Notes: a model not told the origin generated them from the sequence alone. 64,000 nt of DNA from Candidatus Omnitrophota bacterium (GCA_026387315.1 JAPLLY010000049.1:11883-75882), one strand, 5' to 3'. Shown: positions 51,499 through 60,414, counted from the first letter of the stretch. Numbers and translations: made by a program.

Positions 51499-52428
51499 AT
51501 GTTTAACTTAAAGAAAATAAAAAGATATTCGATTAAAGAGCGCGCCAGCAAGGTGGATAAAGGGGATTTCGCGCTTAAGCCGGTTAAAGCTAGAAGCTTT
51601 TGCGATTTTTTGGATTCTTTACCCAATATTTTAAAAGCCAAAGACTTACGCGCGGTTTCCGCGGATATTGTCGCGGCGCGCAAGAAAAATAAAGGGGTAA
51701 TCTTGATGGCCGGGGCGCATGTCATTAAATGCGGGCTTAGCCCGGTATTAATTGAGCTGCTGGAAAAAAAAATAATTACTTGCATTTGCCTAAATGGCGC
51801 CGGGATCATCCATGATTTTGAGATTGCTTACCAGGGAAAAACTTCCGAAGACGTCGCGGCTAATCTTAAAGACGGCAAGTTTGGCATGGGCAAGGAGACC
51901 GCGGATTTTCTAAACTTCGCGGTTAAGGAAGGTGTCCAAGCGGGTTTTGGGTTAGGTTATGCTGTGGCTAATAAGCTGGCTGCTGCCGCGCTGGCGCACA
52001 AAGAATTAAGTCTGATCTATAATGCTTATATACGTAAGGTACCGGTCTGTGTTTTCATTGGAATTGGCACGGATATCATTCATCAGCATCGATCCTTCGA
52101 CGCCGCTTCGACTGCCGTGGGTTCGTTGCGGGATTTTCATATTTTGGTAGAAAACATCCGTTCTTTAAATCAGGGAGGGGTGGCGCTAAATTTTGGTTCG
52201 GCGGTGTTATTGCCGGAGGTATTTTTAAAGGCTTTAAATCTTGCCCGGAATTTAGGAAATAAGGTTAAAAATTTTACTTCCGCTAATTTTGATATGCTTT
52301 ATCAGTATCGAGCGGCGCAGAATGTGGTCAGCCGGCCCACTGCTTCCGGGGGTAAAGGCTATTATGTTATCGGCCACCATGAGATCATGCTCCCGCTTTT
52401 AGCGCAAAGCGTAATTGAGAAGATATGA
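51499..52428 (+). CDS. conserved hypothetical protein, weak deoxyhypusine-synthase-like pattern
   Basis: 309-aa clean ORF. GAHVIKCGLSPVLIELLEKKIITCICLNGAGIIHDFE resembles the DHS-family core. That assignment is tentative. Confidence 0.4.
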   Translation: MFNLKKIKRYSIKERASKVDKGDFALKPVKARSFCDFLDSLPNILKAKDLRAVSADIVAARKKNKGVILMAGAHVIKCGLSPVLIELLEKKIITCICLNGAGIIHDFEIAYQGKTSEDVAANLKDGKFGMGKETADFLNFAVKEGVQAGFGLGYAVANKLAAAALAHKELSLIYNAYIRKVPVCVFIGIGTDIIHQHRSFDAASTAVGSLRDFHILVENIRSLNQGGVALNFGSAVLLPEVFLKALNLARNLGNKVKNFTSANFDMLYQYRAAQNVVSRPTASGGKGYYVIGHHEIMLPLLAQSVIEKI

Positions 52429-52502
52429 CCCCGCACCTTCATTGTGTTTAGACATAGAAGGCGTAGGGTTAAAATTAATGAATAAAAAGAAGGTGCGGGG
52501 TG
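52426..52502 (+). repeat. family-A element between the upstream TGA and the heptose-kinase GTG
   Basis: TGA|CCCCGCACCTTC (52426-52440) ... AGAAGGTGCGGGG|TGA (52488-52503). Confidence 0.8.
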
Positions 52503-53513
52503 AGAAACCTAAAAAATATTATTCGGAAATTTAATCAAGCCAATATTCTGGTGGTGGGGGATTTGATCCTGGATGAATATATCTGGGGAAGCGTGGAGAG
52601 AATTTCTCCTGAGGCTCCGGTTCCTGTGCTTTGGGCCAAGAAGCGAACATTCGTTCCCGGAGGCACGGCTAACGTGGCAAATAATATTCGCTCTCTGGGC
52701 GGTAAAGTTACCTTGCTGGGAGTTACCGGAAGCGACGCCAATTCTAAAATCCTGCTTAGTGAATTAAAGAAAAGAAAAATTAATACTCAAGGTATTTTTG
52801 TGGAGAGTAATCGGCACACTACGGTTAAGACGCGCATCCTGGCCGGGCATCAGCAGGTAGTCCGGGTGGATTGGGAGCATACGCATGATCTACCCAAAGA
52901 GCTAAACGCGAAGATTTTGAAATTTATCCAAAAAAATATTAATTCTTTTGACGCGATTATTATTGAGGATTATGGTAAAGGAGTGATTAACATCGCTCTG
53001 CTAGAGGCGCTTATCCGGCTGGCCAAAACGCGTAAGAAAATTATTACCGTGGATCCTAAAGAAGAAAATTTTCAGTATTATCAATCGGTGAATGCCATTA
53101 CCCCTAACCGCAAAGAGCTGGAGAATGCGATCAGAAATCTTAAGATTAAAGATACCACTAACCGTTTAAAAATAAATACGGATAAACTATTTACGGATAA
53201 AGATGTGGATTCGGCTGCCCGGGAAATTTTAGAATACCTTAATCTTGATTCTATTCTGGTTACCTTAGGTGAGCAGGGGATGAAGTTGTTGGAGAAGAAT
53301 GGCCGCCTGACACATATTCCCACGGTAGCCCAGGAGGTTTTTGATGTATCCGGGGCAGGGGATACGGTAATCAGTACCTTTACTTTGGCTCTTTGCGCCG
53401 GTGCCTCCAAGTTAGAGGCAGCGCATATCGCTAATTTTGCCGCGGGAATCGTGGTGGGTAAATTAGGGACGGCGGTTACCAGTATAGGCGAACTTTTAGA
53501 AAGGGTAGGATAA
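52500..53513 (+). CDS. hldE: D-glycero-beta-D-manno-heptose-7-phosphate kinase (RfaE/HldE domain I only)
   Basis: ILVVGDLILDEYIWGSVERISPEAPVPVL, DVSGAGDTV (PfkB family). No adenylyltransferase domain is attached. Confidence 0.85.
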   Translation: MRNLKNIIRKFNQANILVVGDLILDEYIWGSVERISPEAPVPVLWAKKRTFVPGGTANVANNIRSLGGKVTLLGVTGSDANSKILLSELKKRKINTQGIFVESNRHTTVKTRILAGHQQVVRVDWEHTHDLPKELNAKILKFIQKNINSFDAIIIEDYGKGVINIALLEALIRLAKTRKKIITVDPKEENFQYYQSVNAITPNRKELENAIRNLKIKDTTNRLKINTDKLFTDKDVDSAAREILEYLNLDSILVTLGEQGMKLLEKNGRLTHIPTVAQEVFDVSGAGDTVISTFTLALCAGASKLEAAHIANFAAGIVVGKLGTAVTSIGELLERVG

Positions 53514-53514
53514 A

Positions 53515-54255
53515 ATGGATGTTATCGGGGTGATCCCGGCTAGATACTCATCGACCAGATTCCAGGCTAAGGTGCTGGCGGATATTATGGGCAAGCCCAT
53601 GTTGCAGCATGTTTGGGAGCGGGCTAAACAATCTCGAATGTTGGATGATTTGATTATTGCTTGTGATCATGAAATTATCCTGAAAGCGGCGGTTGGATTC
53701 GGGGCCAAAGCCGTAATGACTTCCAAGGAGCACGCCTGCGGCACCGACCGGATTAGCGAGGTAGTTAATCCCCTGGACGTAAAAATAATTATTAATATTC
53801 AGGCGGATGAACCGCTGGTTCATCCCATGATGATTGATAGCGTTGCCCGGGCATTATTGGAAGACAAAATGATCAATATGGTCACGCTGATGAAAAAGAT
53901 CGATGATGTTTTGGAACTGCTTGACCCGAATGTGGTAAAAGTCGTGGTGGATAAAAATAATTTTGCTTTGTATTTTTCGCGCGCGCCTATTCCGTATTTA
54001 GCGCCTAATGCCGAGATTGACCAGGTAACTTATTATAAACATATCGGCCTTTACGGTTACACCAAGGATTTTCTTTTTACTTATAAAAATCTCCCGGTTT
54101 CTAATCTTGAAAAAACGGAGAAATTAGAACAGCTGCGGGTTTTGGCCGAAGGTTTCAAAATTAAAGTAATTCAGACGCAATTTGACACTGTAGGCGTGGA
54201 TACTCCTAAGGATTTAGAGAGGGTTTTGTGGCAATTAAAGAAGGGGTTAAGCTAA
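53515..54255 (+). CDS. kdsB: 3-deoxy-manno-octulosonate cytidylyltransferase
   Basis: IPARYSSTRFQAKVLADIMGKPML, NIQADEPL, HIGLYGY. Confidence 0.95.
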   Translation: MDVIGVIPARYSSTRFQAKVLADIMGKPMLQHVWERAKQSRMLDDLIIACDHEIILKAAVGFGAKAVMTSKEHACGTDRISEVVNPLDVKIIINIQADEPLVHPMMIDSVARALLEDKMINMVTLMKKIDDVLELLDPNVVKVVVDKNNFALYFSRAPIPYLAPNAEIDQVTYYKHIGLYGYTKDFLFTYKNLPVSNLEKTEKLEQLRVLAEGFKIKVIQTQFDTVGVDTPKDLERVLWQLKKGLS

Positions 54256-54265
54256 AGGATCAGTA

Positions 54266-55078
54266 ATGCATCAGGTTAATCTGGGAAAGATAAAATTTGG
54301 CCAGGGGTATCCGTTGGTTTTGATCGCCGGGCCATGCGCTATTGAATCAGAAAGTTCCTGCCTGGCGGCAGCCGCGAAGATCAAAGATATTGCGGCCAGC
54401 TTAGATATACCGTTTATATTTAAATCTAGTTTTGATAAAGCTAACCGGCTTTCCGTAGATTCTTATCGTGGGCCGGGATTAAAGAAAGGGCTGGCGATTT
54501 TAAAGAAAGTAAAAGCTAAGCTCAGGGTTCCAGTTTTAAGTGATGTGCATTGTGTCCAAGATATTCCCGCGGCGGCGCAAGTACTGGATATTATTCAGAT
54601 ACCGGCATTTTTATGCCGTCAGACCGATATGGTCTTAGCTGCCGCCAGGACCGGTAAGGTAATAAATATTAAAAAAGGCCAGTTTCTCGCGCCCTGGGAT
54701 ATTCTGCCTATAATTAAGAAGGTTCAGAGTGTGGGTAATAAACGAATTTTGATCACCGAAAGAGGGGTAAGTTTTGGGTACAATAATTTAGTTACGGATT
54801 TGCGCGGCTTAGGAATTATGCGGCAATTTGGGTATCCGGTAATTTATGACGCTACGCATAGTGTGCAGCTTCCCGGCGGTTTAGGCGCTTGCTCAGGAGG
54901 CCAGACGGAATTTGTCGCCGGGTTATCCCGGGCAGCGGTGGCTTTTGGCTGCGATGGTTTATTTTTAGAGGTGCACCCTGATCCGAAAAATGCGCCTTGC
55001 GATGGTCCGAATATGATTAATTTTAAAGAACTGGAAGGCCTCTTAAAGCAAATAAAAAAGATTAGGCAGGCGCTATGA
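54266..55078 (+). CDS. kdsA: 3-deoxy-8-phosphooctulonate synthase
   Basis: LIAGPCAIES, FKSSFDKANR, IPAFLCRQTD, DATHSVQLPGG. Confidence 0.95.
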   Translation: MHQVNLGKIKFGQGYPLVLIAGPCAIESESSCLAAAAKIKDIAASLDIPFIFKSSFDKANRLSVDSYRGPGLKKGLAILKKVKAKLRVPVLSDVHCVQDIPAAAQVLDIIQIPAFLCRQTDMVLAAARTGKVINIKKGQFLAPWDILPIIKKVQSVGNKRILITERGVSFGYNNLVTDLRGLGIMRQFGYPVIYDATHSVQLPGGLGACSGGQTEFVAGLSRAAVAFGCDGLFLEVHPDPKNAPCDGPNMINFKELEGLLKQIKKIRQAL

Positions 55079-55175
55079 ACCCCGCACCTTCTGATTATTC
55101 ATCATTTTTTAAAGCATTAAGTTTTAAGGAGATAAATATAAGTAGAATACTGAATACAAAAGAAGGTGCGGGATG
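55076..55175 (+). repeat. family-A element (long-loop class) between the kdsA TGA and the kdsD ATG
   Basis: Arms at 55080-55092 and 55161-55172. The loop is closely similar to that of copy 27570-27637. The terminal G is changed to A, giving ATG. Confidence 0.8.
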
Positions 55176-56141
55176 AGAATGGATCTGATTAAGCGGGCCA
55201 AAGAGGTTTTGGAAATTGAAGCGCGGGCAATCCGTTTGTTAAAAGGCCGCTTAGGCCAAGGTTTTATTAAAGCTATAGAGTTAATCCTTAAGAGTAAGGG
55301 TAGGGTGGTAGTGAGTGGAATGGGTAAAACCGGAATTATCGCGCAAAAATTTTCCGCTACCCTGGCTTCTACGGGAACCCCCAGTTTATTTCTGCATACC
55401 GCGGAAGCAATTCATGGTGATTTAGGCAAGGTCACTGGCGATGATATCGTAATTATCCTTTCTAATAGCGGGGCAACTGAAGAGTTAAAGCAGCTTTTGC
55501 CGATACTCAAAAAAATAGGCGCGCCGATTATCTCGCTTACCGGAAATTCTAAATCCGTGTTGGCTAAATACAGCGATGTAGTTTTAGATGTTTCAGTTAA
55601 AAAAGAGGCTTGCCCGTTGGGCCTGGCTCCTACCGCTTCGACTACCGCGGCTTTGGCGATGGCGGACGCTCTGGCGGTATGTTTATTGGAACGTAAGGGT
55701 TTTAAAGAAAAGGATTTTGCTTTTTTTCATCCCGGGGGGGCTTTAGGCAGGCGTTTGCTTTTAACGGTCCAGGATATTATGCGCCAGGGGCAGGCCAATG
55801 CCATTGTGGGTGAGGATAAATTGGTGGCTCAAGTTTTATTGGCGATTACCCGCGCCCGGGCCGGCTCAGCCATCGTGGTGGATAAAAGCGGAAAACTAAA
55901 AGGAATTTTTACCGATGGAGATTTGCGCCGGCATTTGGCTTCTGATAAGAATTTATCGAGCCGGCTGATTAAAGAGGTAATGACTAAGAATCCTTGCGTG
56001 GTAAATAAAGATATGCTGGCGGCTGAAGCCATGCGGATATTGCAGGGCAAAAAAATCGATGAAGTCCCGGTGGTAGATAAATTCATGCATCCGGTGGGCT
56101 TATTGGATGTGCAGGACCTGCTTAAAGCAGGATTAATCTAA
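55173..56141 (+). CDS. kdsD: arabinose-5-phosphate isomerase (SIS + tandem CBS)
   Basis: VVSGMGKTGIIAQKFSATLASTGTPS, then two CBS modules. Confidence 0.9.
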   Translation: MRMDLIKRAKEVLEIEARAIRLLKGRLGQGFIKAIELILKSKGRVVVSGMGKTGIIAQKFSATLASTGTPSLFLHTAEAIHGDLGKVTGDDIVIILSNSGATEELKQLLPILKKIGAPIISLTGNSKSVLAKYSDVVLDVSVKKEACPLGLAPTASTTAALAMADALAVCLLERKGFKEKDFAFFHPGGALGRRLLLTVQDIMRQGQANAIVGEDKLVAQVLLAITRARAGSAIVVDKSGKLKGIFTDGDLRRHLASDKNLSSRLIKEVMTKNPCVVNKDMLAAEAMRILQGKKIDEVPVVDKFMHPVGLLDVQDLLKAGLI

Positions 56142-56145
56142 AAAT

Positions 56146-56688
56146 ATGTCCTGGGAATTGATCAAAGAAGAATTAAAAGCGCGTTTTAGAAAAGTCAAGC
56201 TGCTCCTTTTGGATGTAGACGGGGTCTTAACTGACGGTAGAATAATTTATGATTCTAGCGGTAAGGATTCTAAATTTTTTGATGTGCATGATGGGTTAGG
56301 CGTCTTTTGCCTGCATAAATTCGGAATTAATACCGTGATCATTACCGCTAAGAATTCTAAGGCGATTAGGCCGCGCGCAAAAGATATGCGGGTGGCCGAA
56401 GTTTTCGCGGATATTTTTCCCAAGGACGCGGTTTTAGATAAAATTCTTAAGAAATACCGCGTGAGTGCCCAGGAGATTTGTTTTGTGGGCGATGATCTGG
56501 TGGATTTATCGCTGATGCGCAAAATTGGCCTGCCGGTAGCTGTCGCCAATGCCTCCAGCGAAGTAAAAGAGGCAGCAATTTATGTAACTGATTGCCGGGG
56601 TGGCCGAGGAGCAGTCAGGGAGGTGGCCGAGCTAATTCTTAAATCGCAAGGCAAGTGGAAAGATGTTTTAGAGTTTTATGGAGCATAA
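56146..56688 (+). CDS. kdsC: Kdo-8-phosphate phosphatase
   Basis: LLLLDVDGVLTDG, GDDLVDL (HAD family, KdsC type). Confidence 0.9.
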   Translation: MSWELIKEELKARFRKVKLLLLDVDGVLTDGRIIYDSSGKDSKFFDVHDGLGVFCLHKFGINTVIITAKNSKAIRPRAKDMRVAEVFADIFPKDAVLDKILKKYRVSAQEICFVGDDLVDLSLMRKIGLPVAVANASSEVKEAAIYVTDCRGGRGAVREVAELILKSQGKWKDVLEFYGA

Positions 56689-57589
56689 AAAAATAGTTTC
56701 AACCTTTGCGTTTTTATTTCTTGCCTGCGTTCATCTTGCGGCAGCTGAGGTTAAAGATATAAAACCTCCCCTGGCAGTTAAAGATACCAAGGAATCTGAT
56801 CAACAGATCGGAGATTTTTCTCTTTCCGGATTCGGGGATAAAGGAAAGAAGTCCTGGGATCTTGCCGGCAAGTCCGCGGATATATTTAGTGAAGTGGTTA
56901 AGCTAAAAAAAGTAGTGGGTAATAATTACGCGCAGAATGATACGATTAATCTGACCGCGGATAATGGTGATTTTAACAAGCAAAGCGGCCTGGTGCATTT
57001 ACAGGATAATGTCGTAATTACTACTTCTAGCGGCTCAAAACTTACTACGGATACTCTGGATTGGGACCGCAAGCAGCAGATGGTTAGCACTCTGGATAAA
57101 GTTAATCTTGCCCGCCAGGATATGAATCTTTCCGGCCAAGGCGCCCAGGGGCAAACCGCGTTAAAACAGATTAAATTGGACAAGGATGTGCGGCTGGATA
57201 TCCAGGCGCGGGATTTGCAGGTTAATAAAAAAGAAAAGATTGTGATTGTTTGTGATGGGCCGCTGGATGTGGATTATGAAAAAAATGTTGCTATATTTAA
57301 TAATAATGTTAAAGTAGAAAAATCGGATTTAACAATTTACAGCGATAAAATGCAGGTTTATTTTACACCTAAGCAACAAGATAATACTTCGGTTCAAGGG
57401 CCGGCAGTTATCTCTAGTTCCGTCAATAAGATTGTCGCTTTAGGAAATGTGCGGATAATCCGCGGTGAAAATATCTCTTATAGCCAGGAAGCAATTTATA
57501 CTGCCCTAGATAAAAAAATAACTTTAACCGGTAAGCCCCAAATAATTATTTACCAAAGGGAGAATATCGATGCGGCTTCTGGAGACTAA
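56678..57589 (+). CDS. LptA/LptC (OstA-like) periplasmic LPS-transport protein
   Basis: Signal peptide. Repeated beta-jellyroll segments (ADNGDFNKQSGLVHLQDNVVI, NNNVKVEKSDLTIYSDKMQVYF). It sits between kdsC and lptB. At 303 aa it is larger than typical LptA. Confidence 0.65.
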   Translation: MEHKKIVSTFAFLFLACVHLAAAEVKDIKPPLAVKDTKESDQQIGDFSLSGFGDKGKKSWDLAGKSADIFSEVVKLKKVVGNNYAQNDTINLTADNGDFNKQSGLVHLQDNVVITTSSGSKLTTDTLDWDRKQQMVSTLDKVNLARQDMNLSGQGAQGQTALKQIKLDKDVRLDIQARDLQVNKKEKIVIVCDGPLDVDYEKNVAIFNNNVKVEKSDLTIYSDKMQVYFTPKQQDNTSVQGPAVISSSVNKIVALGNVRIIRGENISYSQEAIYTALDKKITLTGKPQIIIYQRENIDAASGD

Positions 57590-58292
57590 GGGCTTAGTTA
57601 AATCTTATGATGGCCGCGCGGTAGTCAAAGGCGTGGATATCACGGTTAAGCGCGGAGAGATTGTGGGGCTCTTGGGGCCTAATGGCGCTGGGAAGACCAC
57701 CACTTTTTATATGATCGTAGGCATCGTTTCTCCGAACAAGGGCACGATTGTTTTTGATAACCATGAGATTACCAACATGGCGATTCATGAACGCGCGCGT
57801 TTAGGTATCGGGTATCTGTCGCAAGAAGCTTCGATATTTCGTAAGCTGACGGTACAAGACAATATAAACGCGATTTTAGAAACTTTATCTTTGAGCCGGG
57901 CGGAGAGAAAACGCAGGCTGGCTTCTCTATTGGAAGAGTTAAATATCGCGCATTTAGCCAAAAATAAAGCCTATACTTTAAGCGGCGGAGAAAGAAGGCG
58001 CCTGGAGATTACCCGGGCATTGGTAACTAATCCTTCTTTTATTCTTCTGGATGAGCCTTTTTCCGGGATCGATCCTATAGTGGTTAATGAAGCGCAGGAG
58101 ATTATCAAAGAATTAAAAGCTAAGGGGTTGGGTATTTTATTGACTGATCATAACGTCCGCGAAACTCTAGCCATCACTGACCGGGCGTATTTAATTTCAG
58201 AGGGGGTAATTCTTATTTCAGGAACGGCGCATGAACTGATTAACCATCCGCAGGCCAGGCAGGTTTATCTGGGCGAGAAATTTCGCATGTGA
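57570..58292 (+). CDS. lptB: LPS export ABC transporter ATP-binding protein
   Basis: GLLGPNGAGKTTTFYMIVG, LSGGERRRLEI, ILLDEPFSGIDP. Confidence 0.95.
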   Translation: MRLLETKGLVKSYDGRAVVKGVDITVKRGEIVGLLGPNGAGKTTTFYMIVGIVSPNKGTIVFDNHEITNMAIHERARLGIGYLSQEASIFRKLTVQDNINAILETLSLSRAERKRRLASLLEELNIAHLAKNKAYTLSGGERRRLEITRALVTNPSFILLDEPFSGIDPIVVNEAQEIIKELKAKGLGILLTDHNVRETLAITDRAYLISEGVILISGTAHELINHPQARQVYLGEKFRM

Positions 58293-58369
58293 TTTCGCCT
58301 CGCTTTGGCGATTTGCGACGTTTGAGGGGAATTTAAAAAACCGAGGATAAGAAAAGAACAAAAAATGTC

Positions 58370-58398
58370 TTGACATTAGGCGTGCCATATGGCATACT
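58370..58398 (+). promoter_or_regulatory. promoter with an embedded palindromic operator for the Xre-RES pair
   Basis: TTGACA (58370-58375), 17 nt, CATACT (58393-58398). The perfect palindrome TGCCATATGGCA (58383-58394) overlaps the spacer and the -10. Confidence 0.45.
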
Positions 58399-58445
58399 TT
58401 AAGTGGAAAGAGAAATTAAAGTAAAAGTAGATGGAGGGATTTACA

Positions 58446-58799
58446 ATGACAGTTCTTCATATGCCTATTACAAAAGAGATTAAACAGGTAAGGGCTTCTC
58501 TAGGGTGTTCACAAGAGATCTTGGCGGACATTATAGGAATTGGAACAAGGACTATAGCGCGCTGGGAACACAATGAAAGCTATCCACACCAGCTCGCGAT
58601 AGAAAAACTCAAAAGAGTAGAAAAACTTATTCAAAAACTTTTGGGCGTTTTCCAACAGAAAGAGGCGATAGAGTGGCTCAATACATCGAATCAGTCTCTC
58701 GAAGGGCGAACCCCGCTGAAAGAAATCATGTATAACGGCGAAGGAATTGAAAAGATCATCAATCTCCTGGGCGCGATAGAATGGGGAATCGTTACTTAA
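58446..58799 (+). CDS. Xre-family antitoxin with a DUF2384 (MbcA/ParS-like) toxin-binding domain
   Basis: HTH SQEILADIIGIGTRTIARWE. C-terminal WLNTSNQSLEGRTPLKEIM..GEGIEKIINLL. ATG 58446 follows GGAGGG. Confidence 0.8.
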   Translation: MTVLHMPITKEIKQVRASLGCSQEILADIIGIGTRTIARWEHNESYPHQLAIEKLKRVEKLIQKLLGVFQQKEAIEWLNTSNQSLEGRTPLKEIMYNGEGIEKIINLLGAIEWGIVT

Positions 58800-58800
58800 T

Positions 58801-59310
58801 ATGCCGGAAAAGAAAAATAGTGGTGAGATAGAGAAGCGCTTTCTTGAAATAAAACCTATCCCACTGGACACTTCTTGTTACCGCGTAGTTTCCCAGAAAT
58901 ACGATGCGTTAAATACTAATGGGAGCTTATTATATCCTGGAAGATATAATAGCGGAGAATTTCTTGTTTTGTACGCGTCAGATTCCCGGGAAGTTTGCGC
59001 GGCCGAATTGGCGCGGAAGGCCGAGATTAGGACAAAGTTCATATACAAAATTGTTAAACTAAAGGTAAAGCTCAGGAAAGTATTCGATCTAACAAATGAA
59101 AAAAATCTCAAGGCGCTTGATATACAAGAAGATAATCTCATAGGCAGCAGCTGGAATTTTACTCAAGCATTAGCAAGTTTAGCTTACCGGAAAGGATATG
59201 AAGCCCTTCTTGTCCCTTCCGCGGCAGGGAAAGGGAATAACATCATTTTATTTCCAGGGAATTTTACCAAGGATTCTACGATCAAAAAAGAGGAAGAAGA
59301 AATTGTATAA
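58801..59310 (+). CDS. RES-domain toxin (NAD+-degrading MbcT/ParT-like family)
   Basis: YPGRYNS (R), VCAAEL (E) and LVPSAAG (S) give the R-E-S signature. The start is 2 nt after the antitoxin stop. Confidence 0.85.
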   Translation: MPEKKNSGEIEKRFLEIKPIPLDTSCYRVVSQKYDALNTNGSLLYPGRYNSGEFLVLYASDSREVCAAELARKAEIRTKFIYKIVKLKVKLRKVFDLTNEKNLKALDIQEDNLIGSSWNFTQALASLAYRKGYEALLVPSAAGKGNNIILFPGNFTKDSTIKKEEEEIV

Positions 59311-59316
59311 TGAATT

Positions 59317-59503
59317 AGAAGGCGTGGGGTTAAAATTAATTAATACGAAAGAAGGTGCGGGATAAATATTCGCTATTAAAGTCATCTGGTTTAAAGAACC
59401 CCTCACCTTCTTGATATTTAAATATAGAAAGGGGCAGGGGTTAGAATGAATGAACAAAAAGAAGGTGCGGGGTGAATTGAATAAGAAAGAAGGTGCGGGG
59501 TGA
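59317..59503 (+). repeat. pile-up of family-A arms upstream of tig
   Basis: 3'-arm copies at 59317-59329 (AGAAGGCGTGGGG), 59349-59362, 59459-59475 and 59488-59500. A degenerate 5' arm CCCCTCACCTTCTT lies at 59399-59412. Confidence 0.75.
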
Positions 59504-60326
59504 AAACCGAAGTTAAGAAATTGGATAGCACTAAGTGCGAAATTAATGTCGCGGTAAGCGGAGAGCTGGTTAAAAATAAATTTGATGGAGTTTTCGCTCA
59601 AATTGCCAAAGAGGCCAAGGTTCCGGGGTTTCGTCCGGGCAAAGCGCCCAGAGATATTCTAGAGAAACACTATGCTTCTAGCGCGCATGAACAAGTTTTA
59701 AAGGAATTGGTTCCGGATGTTTATAATCAGGCGATTGCCGCGGAAAAACTTGATGTCATCGAGTTACCGCAGATTACCGATGTAAAACTTGATCGCAGCA
59801 GCCTTTCTTTTAAGGCGATTGTCGAAGTTAGGTTGTTTCGGTTTCCAGCGATGAAGTTAAGAGGCAGATTGATTCGGTTAAAGAATCGCGTAAGGCTCAA
59901 ACCCTGGATGATAAATTTAGCCGTTCTCTGGGGTATCCTAACTTTAACGAGTTGGAGAAGGCGGTAGAAAGGCAGATCTTCATTACCAAGGAGAATCAAC
60001 AGCGCCAGCGGATTGAAAATGAATTAATTGAAAATATAACTAAGGGTTTGGAGTTTAAACTGCCGCAAGGGTTGGTGGAGCGTCAGACTGAGGATATGCT
60101 CAGACAGGCTAAAATCGACTTAGCGATGAAAGGTTTGCCGCGGAATAAAATCGATGAGCAGGAGAAATTGCTCTTAGAAGGAATCCAGCCTGAAGCCAAG
60201 AAGCAGGTTAAGATTTATTTAGTTTTATCTCAGATTGCTAAAAAAGAAAATATCGCTATTGATGACCATATGCCGGCTAAAGTAATGGAATTTTTGCTAA
60301 GAGAAGCGGAATGGGTGGTAGTTTAG
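59500..60326 (+). pseudogene. tig: trigger factor, frameshifted near 59830 and lacking the PPIase domain
   Basis: The N-domain (GFRPGKAPRDILEKHY) runs in frame 1 to about 59832. The homologous continuation VSSDEVKRQIDSVKESRKAQ...C-domain runs in another frame to 60326. The total is about 275 aa, with no FKBP segment. Confidence 0.7.
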
Positions 60327-60335
60327 AATTTATAA

Positions 60336-60380
60336 ATAAGCCGTAAGCGGTAAGCCTTAAGCTTATAACTTAAAGCTTAA
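60336..60380 (+). terminator. family-E TAAGC-repeat hairpin after tig
   Basis: ATAAGCCGTAAGCGGTAAGCCTTAAGCTTATAACTTAAAGCTTAAG. Confidence 0.45.
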
Positions 60381-60414
60381 GATTCTATTTAGGTTTTTAA
60401 AAGGAGGAGTAGAG

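Noticed and set aside
59820-59840. Programmed ribosomal frameshift in tig
   Set aside because: There is no X XXY YYZ slippery heptamer or obvious downstream stimulatory structure at the shift point. A 1-nt indel (mutation or sequencing error) is simpler.
59952-60326. 124-aa ORF starting at ATG 59952 as an independent gene
   Set aside because: Its frame is open, with trigger-factor homology, from 59832. It is the downstream half of the frameshifted tig rather than a separate gene.
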